From Microthyrium microscopicum (lineage: Eukaryota), in contig MU004242.1 of assembly GCA_010405405.1 (NCBI GenBank), positions 35,751 through 99,750 on the forward strand: 64,000 bases of DNA. The letters are read 5' to 3'. Shown piece after piece: positions 39,501 through 49,598 of this stretch. A program made the translations under genes and the position numbers. The number at the start of each line of letters is the position of its first letter. The first letter of the stretch is position 1. The notes under the pieces were generated by a model. It had not been told where the DNA came from and made no database searches. It worked only from the letters and a program-made list of their open reading frames with translations.

Positions 39501-40493
39501 GTCATGTTAGATCCCAGCCGAGTCCTCCAAATTCTTATCAATCTCATGACAAATGCAATCAAATTCACCGCCGGCTCGAAAAAGAAAGTCATTACGGTAT
39601 TTGTCGCAGCGTCGTCAGAATCACCCGCCACGATTAGTAAACCGAAACTCCAGTACATCCCCGTACGAGCAACAAAGGCAGATACGCCTATTGGAGATGA
39701 CTGGGGTTCAGGTGATATTGTCTTTCTACGATTTAAGGTGAAAGATACCGGAGTTGGTCTTACATCCGACGAAAAACAAGTGCTTTTTGAGCGGTTCAAA
39801 CAGGCTTCTCCTCGCACTCATGCACAGTATGGCGGCAGTGGACTTGGTCTCTTTATTTCTCGCCAGCTTGCCGAGCTGCACGGAGGTCAAATCGGTGTTG
39901 CCTCAGAATCAGGTATAGGGAGCACGTTTGGCTTCTTTATCAGCACCCGACGTGCCAGCCGACCACCTTCTTTCCCAGACGATGTGGACGCTGCTAAGAG
40001 CAGCTATGATCCCGTCAGCATCCAGTCTGCCTCAGAAACAAAGTCCGTGAATCCATTAGCTGTTGAACCAGCGCCCATATTAGACGTCGCTTCGCTTCAT
40101 ATACTGGTCGTTGAAGACAACCAGATCAACCAAAAAGTGCTCGTCAAACAGCTGCGCAAATTCGGTTGTACTGTTCACGCAGCCAACGATGGCCTTGAAG
40201 CTTTGGAATTTCTTGAAAAGACGGTCTATCGAGTACCAAACGGCGTTGAGCTTAGCGTCGTGCTCATGGATCTCGAAATGCCAAACATGGGAGGTCTCGA
40301 TTGTGTTCGTGAGATTCGAAAGATGGAAGACGCAGGCGAACTCAGTGAACATGTGCCAGTTATTGCTGTGACGGCCAATGTAAGAGACGAACAAATCGCC
40401 GTTGCAAAGGACGCCGGCATGGATGACGTTGTTGGAAAGCCCTTTCAAATTAAAGAAATAATTGCAAAGTTTGGAGTGGTGTTGAGAGCTTGA
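36559..40493 (+). CDS. Hybrid histidine kinase (PAS/GAF-like sensor region, HisKA, HATPase_c, REC), fungal group XI-like; single intron 38703-39025
   Basis: NWKDTPLGPMEKWS; PAS segment SPLGMFFLNPEGKFVEANDRF; FIDITSHEMRNPLSAI; NLMTNAIKFT; DTGVGL; YGGSGLGLFISRQLAELHGG; REC VEDNQINQ...LMDLEMP...KPF. Confidence 0.95.
38731..38950. mobile_element. MITE-like element, copy 2, inside the histidine kinase intron
   Basis: Left ataaaataactggcgtgctcccaccgacttcgattgctccc versus right gggagccactgatgttgatgggggcatgccggttattatgt form an inverted repeat. The internal sequence is also similar to 25972-26165. Confidence 0.7.
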
Positions 40494-40923
40494 TCTGATC
40501 GATAGGTTTTAGTTGTGTTCTGTATTCTGTCACTCTCTTCCCAAGAAGACTGAGTTGACACGCATTTGTGGGTTACAATGATTCTTCCATGGCATAATAA
40601 TATATCTCTAGCAGCAAAGTTTTGCAAGAAAGTTTCCTTGATCCAAAGATTATGGTCGGTGGCTGTTATCGAGCTTTTCTTTTATCTCAGACTGCTACCA
40701 AGAATACATGCTCCTAATGTTCACTCGTAGCCATTCGGGGTCATTTGAAAATAGTTAGAAATCCTACCTGTCTCATGCAAGTAAGTACCTAAGGTATTCA
40801 AGGTCAAACATGCGTCGAACCGTGTACCCAGGTACGGCCTGATCCTGACCAGATTTTTTGCAGCTAAGACAGGTACTAAGCAGCACTTCCCAACTTCACT
40901 TCTTCAACATCTACCCATCGATC

Positions 40924-42063
40924 ATGGATTGGGCTAAAAATGTGGTCGATCCTCTCAACGAGCAAGCCGAATTAATCACAAGGCTTGCCTTGGAGAGCAC
41001 ATCGATCAATAATACTGGAGCCCGCCAGGTAGCGGAGACTGGAGATGACCCGCACTCTCAAACAAATGAGACACGAACCCCGAAGAACCTGAGCCCCGAA
41101 AAGACGTCGCGCTCTAACTCTACCAGTACAGTTCCTACAAGCAACATCGGAAAGCTTTTTGCAATTTCAGATCTGCATTTATCTTTTGGCTCCAACTGCA
41201 AATTCTGGGCGGATCTGGAATCTCACCCAGATGACGGGCTCATTCTAGCTGGAGATATTGGCGAAACAGAAGACCATCTAGAACTGGCATTCAGTTCGGC
41301 AACTAAACACTTTAACCAAGTATGGTGGTGTCCTGGTAACCATGAGCTCTATTCGGTTCCAAAGAGTCTTACGATTACCGCATCGAGGAACAGTGCCCTT
41401 CGAGGAGAGGCAAAATATATGGACTGCGTAGAAATCGCCAGGCGTTACCAGGTACTTACCCCAGAAGATGATTTCGTCATTTGGAACGGCGATGGTGGAC
41501 CATTGCTCATAACCCCCATTTTCACGCTTTATGACTACTCATTTGCTCCCGATGAGGTCCCTCTCGGAGAAGCAGTCTCCTGGGCAAAAGAGCTTGGAAT
41601 TGAGGCTACTGACGAGAAGCTTCTACACCCTGATCCTTACAAAAGTAAAGCAGAATGGTGTTCAGCGCTAGTATCTAAATTCGACCAGAAGTTGGATCAA
41701 GCTGTACGAGATAACCCAGACGTCCCACTTGTCATTGTGAATCATTGGCCACTTAGACGAGACACCGTCAGGTTGTTTCAATATCCCCGGTTCATAATCT
41801 GGTGTGGTACACGGAAAACCGAGGATTGGCATGCCCGATTCAATGCCAAAGTGGTGGTGACAGGGCACATTCATATTCGAAGAACAGATTGGATTGCGTG
41901 GGGGGATTCCTGGACCCGATTTGAAGAAGTTAGCATGGGTTATCCACGTCAATGGAAAGATGCAGCGGAAAGAGGCTTGGATATTAATGAGCTTCTTCGA
42001 GAAATCTCGCCTGGCCCGTCGAGAACTGGATTTGGCGAGACTCGGTTTAGAAGGTATGGTTGA
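40924..42063 (+). CDS. Calcineurin-like metallophosphoesterase, homologue of actinobacterial phosphopantetheinyl hydrolase PptH (Rv2795c type)
   Basis: AISDLH, AGDIGE, PGNHEL, VNHWPL and GHIH metal-binding motifs, plus family-specific LYDYSF, ATDE.LL.P.PY, WCGT..T.DWH.R.NA and RFEEVS.GYPR.W. Intronless. Confidence 0.85.
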   Translation: MDWAKNVVDPLNEQAELITRLALESTSINNTGARQVAETGDDPHSQTNETRTPKNLSPEKTSRSNSTSTVPTSNIGKLFAISDLHLSFGSNCKFWADLESHPDDGLILAGDIGETEDHLELAFSSATKHFNQVWWCPGNHELYSVPKSLTITASRNSALRGEAKYMDCVEIARRYQVLTPEDDFVIWNGDGGPLLITPIFTLYDYSFAPDEVPLGEAVSWAKELGIEATDEKLLHPDPYKSKAEWCSALVSKFDQKLDQAVRDNPDVPLVIVNHWPLRRDTVRLFQYPRFIIWCGTRKTEDWHARFNAKVVVTGHIHIRRTDWIAWGDSWTRFEEVSMGYPRQWKDAAERGLDINELLREISPGPSRTGFGETRFRRYG

Positions 42064-42392
42064 TTGCGTTGAGCTAATACTTCCTATGATCGCCGTAGGA
42101 TCCAATTTGCAGTTACGCTATTGGCTTTTGAAAGACAAATCAATTAACGATAGAATTAAAGTCTAACCATAATTACCCTGTTGAGGATCAACTGTTCCTG
42201 GATGATCCACAGTCAACTATGCTCAAAGAAGCTGTTTGATTTGCCATGGCCGGAGAAAAAAGATACGGCAACATGGAGAACAGCAAAAATCGGGTTTTCT
42301 CGTCCACATGAGAAAGATATCGTTTTCTATATCTGATTGATATTCGCTCCTTGGCACTATCTCATCCAAGGTCACTTTGACGAGTTACCGCG

Positions 42393-45300
42393 ATGGGTTT
42401 CCCTACGACTTTTGGTCTTTTCCACTTCACACTCATTTACTGTCTCTCCTTTCTAATTTCTTCAACAAATTGCCTGGGCCATGCGACTGACACAACGACT
42501 TGGGGAAGCGATACTTCAAGATGTGGCTATCAAACGTTTGTCGATCATCCCTCCATTAAGCTCTCATCTATATTAATCTGATCAGGAACCATAACATGGA
42601 TCCAAATATAGTCAATAGCGCCAATTTCGGTCAGCTATTCAAGACTAATTTGCCTGGAAACTTCAACAACCTTGCAGCTGAACAAATTTATTCTCAGCCT
42701 CTTGTGTTTACAGGAAGTGATGGCTCCCAACAGGTTTACGTAGCGACTTCTCAGAACAACATCTACAAGTTAGATGGCAAGACGGGTGCCATTCTTGCGT
42801 CAAGAAACCTAGGCGTACCATTCTTGTCTGCCGACTTGGGATGTAAGTTCGAAAATCAGCCACATGTCACTCATTCTAACTACAACATAAGCCTGCAATG
42901 ATATATCGCCTTGTATTGGTATAACTGCCACTGGTGTAATCGATCCGGCTACTGGCATCTGGTACTTAACCTCCAAAACATACTCTGAAGCTTTTCAAAA
43001 CGGCAATTTCACTCCTTCGAGTCCTCCAGGAAGATTCAATGCGCGGTATTACTTTTATGCAATCAACACACAATCTTCAAATCTAGCTGACAGCTTCCCA
43101 CGTGTCCAATTAGAAGGAATCTTGTTTCGGAACAATCAAAACCGCAAGTTCATCAGTGGCAATCAGCATTCTCGACCCGCGTTGGCACTTGTTGGCGATT
43201 ATGTATACACGGGCTATGCCAGCCACTGTGTCCAGTACAACTATACAGGTGCGATCATCGGACACAACAAGAATACGGGTGCCATTATCGAGTCTTTCGC
43301 TACTCAAGGTGGCCCTGAAGCCAACAGTATTGCAGGTGGCGGTGTCTGGATGTCGGGTGGTGGTATTGCCTATGATGGCAGTGGTAGTCTCTTCTTTGCA
43401 ACTGGAAATGGCTGGGCATCTCAGCTGAGTGGAACTCCAGTCCCAGGAAGACAGCCTCCCAGCGCCCTAGAAGAAGCTGTGGTACATGCCAAAATAAACA
43501 CCAATGGAACCCTCTCCGTGGTCGATTTCTTCATGCCTTGGGAAAAAGTCCAGCTGGATGGAGCGGACAAGGATCTCGGAACTTCACCGTTTGAGCTTTT
43601 GCCTCCTGATGTCTTTTCTTGTCCTAACGTTCGTCGCATGGGTTTTGTAACTGGAAAATCTGGGAAAACTTATGTTCTCAACCTGGATAACCTTGGAGGA
43701 TACCAGATGGGCTCCAACAAACTTGATGCCGCCATTCTCGTATATCAGAATGAAAACTCGGTCTATGCCGGAGCTGGTGTTATGCCTCTTGGGGGCGGCT
43801 ACATCTATATCAACGTCATCAAATATCAAACTCGAGTATTCAAATTCAGCTGCGACAGTTCTGGAAATCCCGTTTTCACCGTCGATTCGGTTACTAAGGA
43901 ATACAATTCCGGCTCTCTAGGCATTGGTCATGGTACAACCACCTCACTTGCTGATCAAGATGGAACTGGCCTATATTGGGTCACAGACACAAGTGGCTTG
44001 AATCTACGTATATACAATGCTGTTCCTTCCCAGAACGGGGCACCCTTGACTTTGATGAAATCATTCAACATTCCGGGCATGGGGAAGTTTGGTCGGCCTG
44101 TTTTCGGCGATGGACGAGCGTATTTTGTGACTTCAGTGGCTACAGTCTATGGTTATGGCTCTCCTGTCCAGCTACCTCTAAACTGTACAGGATCTATTGT
44201 GTTTCCCAAAACACTTATTAATTCGACGTCACTTTCGTCAACCGTAAAATGCACAGCTGTTATTGACACCAAGATTGCAGCACTATCTGTGCTCGGAGAT
44301 CCCCATTTCATCATATCCAATCTTCCTCCACCAAATCTCAATCTTCTGGCAGGCCAATTTTTCACTTTTAATGCCACATTTGCTCCTTTATCAGTAGGAG
44401 AACTGTCCAGTGATGTTTTAATCAACACCACGAATGTACAATCTGGATTTTCATCTAATACACCAGTCACACTCAGTGGAACCGGTGAATCTGCACAACC
44501 TTTACTCGATATCTCACCAAATACTGCCTCGTTCAATGTCATAGTTGGTCAACAAAAAGGAGGAGTCAATCAATCCGTCATCTTCTCCAATCTCGGTGAC
44601 CAGCCACTCTCCATAACAAACATACAGTTTTCCAAAATCAGCGAGACTGGGCCATGGCTGGCTGCAAATACCACATCTTTTCCTCGTACTTCTGGACCTT
44701 TCACGTTCTATAACCTTCCATCTTCCATACCTGGCAACTCTGCGGTCACGGTGAATATCAACTATAATCCCACTACTACTGCCAACGATGGTGTTTTCAT
44801 CCAAGTCATCACCAACGGCGGAGCGCAGGTTCTGGACGCCGTTGGCGTTGCTGGATCGTACCCTAAGGCTCTGATTGAGTTTGAGAATTCAGATGGATCT
44901 GGCATCTGGCTTAGACTAGAGGATTCTTCTACATTTTCCTTTGGCAATGTTACCGAGAACCAGACAAAGCAATTGCGACTTCGAGTCACCAATGGTGGTG
45001 GACAATACGCTGTCCCTCTTTCAATCACCGTTTCCAAACCACCATATGGTGATCCTGGCATCATCGGTGCTATTAACAATGTTGATCTGGCTGAAGGTAC
45101 ACTTATCTCTGCTGGGCAAAGTGTCAATGCGACATTGTTCTGCTCTGTACCAAGGTCTCAAATGAATCTACCAAGCTATGTTGGAGCGGCTAACTGGACT
45201 ATGAACACGGCCGATCCTCTTTTGGGAAAGCAGTTCATCCAGTTCAATTGTAATGCTGTGACTGAACAGATTGGACCTCTTTTGGCTAACGGAACTGCGC

Positions 45301-46427
45301 AATTTCAATACGTTGGATGTTATCGAGAGAATACACCAGGCCGACAACTCTCTACGAACATATACACTGATGCCAAAAACAATACGAATGAGAAGTGTAT
45401 TGCTGCTTGCTCAGCCGCTGGGTGGATATTTGCCGGCACACAATATCGACAAGAATGCTGGTGTGGAAATGCCATCCCTAACACACTTGATTTGGAAAGA
45501 GATTGTAATTATGCATGCACTGGCAACGTCAATGAAGTCTGTGGAGGCAGTGGATACTTTGGCGGTCAAGCAGAGTTCTCGCTCTTTGGTGATTCAAAGC
45601 GCTTCAATGGAAGCAAGATATCGCCTCCACTTTCTATCCCTCAAATCGTCAGCGGATACCAATATGCTGGATGTTATGCAGAGAATGGAGGCAAAGCTGT
45701 CAGCGCAATCAGTACGACAGATACAAAGTCCATGTCAGCTGAATTATGTGCCGCCTTTTGTGCTTCATACAGCTACTTCAGTCTGGAATTCGCGCAAGAA
45801 TGCTCCTGTGGTAATTCCATTAACAATGCCGTGGCGACTTTGACAAACAACACGGATTGTAGTTTGAGCTGTAAAGGCAATAACAGCGAAACATGCGGCG
45901 CAAGTAATCGTGCACAGATTTATGCCAGAACCAGTGTTACTCTTGCACCTAGCGTATTACCACCTTCTTCATCTAGCACCATTTCCACCAGCTCGGCTTC
46001 ATCTACGGCCACGCCAATCGGAAACTCCAATCCCCAGCACATCGGACATTATACCTACGTCGGTTGTTATACGGATAGTGTTGAAGCGCGAGCTCTTTCA
46101 ACCGTCTATTATTCTAGTACAATGACTCTTGACCTATGTGCCGCTCAGGCATCTACTGCAGGAGTAAATGCTACATTCTTCGGGGTGGAATATCACCAAG
46201 AGTGTTGGTTCGGGAATTCCATGCTGAACGGCCAAGGCCCTGCTCCAGATTCTACAGCATGCAGCTTCCTCTGTCCGGGGAATGCACAACAAAACTGTGG
46301 AGCTGAGAACCGTCTGACTCTCTATCGATTAGAGTCCCAAATATACAGCAGCAACACGGATCCACTTTTAATGGTACAGTCACTGAACGTCAGCGCAATA
46401 TCCACAAGTTCGACCTTGATGTCATGA
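42393..46427 (+). CDS. Large secreted WSC-domain protein (beta-propeller-like N-terminus, Ig-like modules, three WSC domains)
   Basis: Signal peptide; introns ~42536-42585 and ~42843-42891; three WSC repeats (YVGCY...C...C...GTQY..ECWCGN...C...C.GN..E.CG); Ser/Thr linker. Confidence 0.9.
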
Positions 46428-46645
46428 GCAACATATTTATCTTGTTAGCAAGGAGTAAATAAGTCTAAATAAGCTACCATTGTGTGTGTCAAGCATAAAG
46501 AAGATTTTAGCATCCGCTTGGGGGCGCTCGTGGGTCTTGAACTTTGCCGGACCATAGAGTCTTTAATATCAGGGGATGTCTCAAGGATTTTCGTCCTGAA
46601 TGATCTAATCTGCAACCTGACAGAGTAAGCAAGGTTTGACTTGAT

Positions 46646-46696
46646 AGGTAGTCATATTTTGGAGGTAGTCATATTCTCGAGGTAGTCATATTTTTT
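46646..46696. repeat. Three tandem 17-bp units (aggtagtcatatt core)
   Basis: aggtagtcatatt starts at 46646, 46663 and 46680. Confidence 0.85.
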
Positions 46697-47221
46697 GAAG
46701 AAGAAGCTCGTGAACTATGGCGAAGATGCAATATATCTTGAGCGCAAGATTGATCAGTAGTGTTCCATCAACAATTATGGTTACCAGCCATCGTAATAAA
46801 TAGAAGCTGCTATATCTCTCATCAAATTGGATATGTCATGGCGATCTAAGCCCGGTGTGCAAACAAAGCACTCGATAACAAAGTGTAGCGGCTGGGAGAC
46901 ATTGCAACAGGTGAGGCATGTCAATTACCTTGCCGACCCGTTGATGAGCCTACCTTAGCTTTTACCACGAGCTGTATTCCATATGCAGTGGAGTGAATGA
47001 CAGGTGATGAACAATTTTCCGACCATGACGCTGCACTGTGAAAAGGCTGGCAATACAGGTAAAGCAAAAGGTAACAATGTAGAAGAAACTTGTTGTGGAA
47101 AATCTGTATAAAGCAAAGATGGTCTGCTCATTCAATTACAATTCCTCATCACCCTCCCGGTATTCGTAGAATCGCTCAGAAATCTTTTTCTGTCACAAAG
47201 CCAGTATCCTGACCATCCACA

Positions 47222-48536
47222 ATGTCCTTGGAGCCGTCAACATCAGGCAAACACAGAGCAAAAGAGTGGTCATTCTCCAAAGAATCATCTCCGAGCTCTG
47301 AGCCCGCATGTCAAGTCCGCTTTAATGACCCCGATCTAGCCGAATCCCTATTCAAACTCCTATTGAATGATGGTTATTGCGCCAAAATCTCAGTCCCAGA
47401 AACCTCCACTCCCCAAAATCTTCCTCATCTGCACCCACCATGCAATTGTAGCGATCCTGTCGACTGGTCTGACGACAACGACGCCGAAGGACCTGAAGCC
47501 AACAAAGTCGGTTACGCAGAGCTAAAGGTAGCACTCCAGCAACGAGGCGAGTCGTTCTATCGATATCTCTTACCGCAACTTGCATACTACTACGATTCAT
47601 TCAAGCCCCAAGAGGGCGATTTCCATACCTATGGCGCTTTGTTCGAGCATGATCGGAAATCTTTGGTGGAATTGGCAGAGCATTTGCGATCTGGAGAAGA
47701 GAATCCAAAGACACTGGCCAGAGTGGTTAAGAGATATCAGTATTTTCTGATGAATAGTATGATAAGCATGCAGTTGGGGCCGTTGTGGGCCGCATTGGCA
47801 TATCGAATCAGCTTAAGATTGGAGAATCGTATCGTTGGTCTGAGGAAATTTGGGATAGAGAATCCGGCTATGGAGGCTTGGGTGAGTGTCTGCTTGTGAA
47901 ATGATCCTGAACGTTGGTAACTGCTGAAATACCAATCAAGTGTTATTGATTGAAATTTTAATATGTTGTCAGCTGCCAGTGATGAATTTTCACTGAAACA
48001 CTGTTTTGCCAAATGATCTGACACTGACGAGTTCCAGTGGGAACTGTGTAGTGATGTCTGGGATTCAGGCGATGAGACAATGAAAGCTTACTCTGATGTG
48101 GCGAATCAAACCAGACGAAAGTATCCCAGCATACAATTGGACTTACTACGCGCTGGGTAGGTGAACTTTCGGCAACTTCCAGACTTTTTCACTAACTTTT
48201 CCTTAACACAGCCTGTCAGTCAAAGACCTGTATATTGCCTACCATCGAGCCTTAGCCAGCGTCACCCTCGAGCAAGTCCACACGCCCAGCCATCTCGTGA
48301 TCAACAAATTGAATCTCCCATCTCGGACGTACAAAATCATATATGACGCTGTTCATATGTTCAGTGCAACTGAAGAATGGGACGATATCTCAACAAAGAT
48401 TCGCAATATTGCAAGTTTGCTGGGATTGGATGCCACTGGTGACATGAACAAGGATTTGGACCTAATTGCCAACTTTGTGTCGACTGGTAAATCAGCTTCA
48501 GAACAGGAGGTCAAGAAGGAACCGACTGAACAGTGA
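47222..48536 (+). CDS. Hypothetical protein, multi-exon (3' structure uncertain)
   Basis: A 225-codon ORF ends just after a GTGAGT donor (47882). Downstream branch/acceptor signals (~48192-48211) lead to a terminal ORF ending at 48536. TATA-like element at ~47107. Confidence 0.55.
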
Positions 48537-49598
48537 AGACACTGTCAACGATTCAGTATTTGGACAGTAGTGGACATGCGTTATCGCACTTGATGGCATA
48601 TAGCATCATGTTGCCAATCTGTTGAATACTCGTTGCAGTTCCACTTGGGCATTTTGATTGCAGTAAAGGTTCAGTTAGTTCTCAAGTTCTCTAAGCCCAA
48701 ATGTTAAGTAACTACTCCAGGTTTTTAGCTTTAGTTTCTCCACACCATCCTAAAGTTTATTCCTAGGAACCGTTAATATCAAGCCAATGATCAATTCAAG
48801 CTATGATAGTGCACCGTGCGATTGAGAAGAGTATAGATTAACTTTTGACTCATTGCGAGTACCGAACAGTAATCGTTCATGACTTTCAACGTCGTCTGAT
48901 GTTGGCCTTCTATGTCACTTTTAAGCCATTTCGCCTATAGTGACTAGTCGGGTCTACAATCAGATCGACGAATGATTAGCGATGAATCAAAAGTCCCGAC
49001 TCCCGACGCAAGCAAGGAGAGCATCTGAGTGGAGGGCCGTAGAATATCGAGACTAAGGCTGAGAAAAGGCAAGTACGGAAGGCACGCCACTTTTCAGGGG
49101 CAACCAACCACAGCACCTCCATCAACCTTTTATCCAACCATACGCTCACAACACCAACCCGACTCACAATACACTCTTTACTAGTTAAAGCCACAATCCG
49201 ATGTCCCTTGTTATACATATCTAATCCGGACTGGTCGCTGGAACTTTACGCCTGTGAGCCTGTGACGGCTCTGCCGCTAAAGCGGCAACCTCAGCGGATG
49301 AGCGCCTTCAACGGCATTTGGCTTACTTGTAGGAACTCAGGTTCGCTTTTGGCTCCCAGCGCCGCCGTTCTTGAATCGCGAGCTCGTGCGATGCGACTAA
49401 AAGCAAGACGCGTCCGGATTCCTCGAATTCCCCGTGAAATCAGTCCTAGATCCTTCAAAGTCCGGTACACCATCTCCAAAGTTCCAAACTCACAGCTCAT
49501 GGTGTCAACCGTCTCTGTCCCACCACCCTCCCGGTTCCTGTGAAACCCATCTAACGGCCGTCTATCCATCCCCTGCATCAGAGGTCATAAATATCGCA

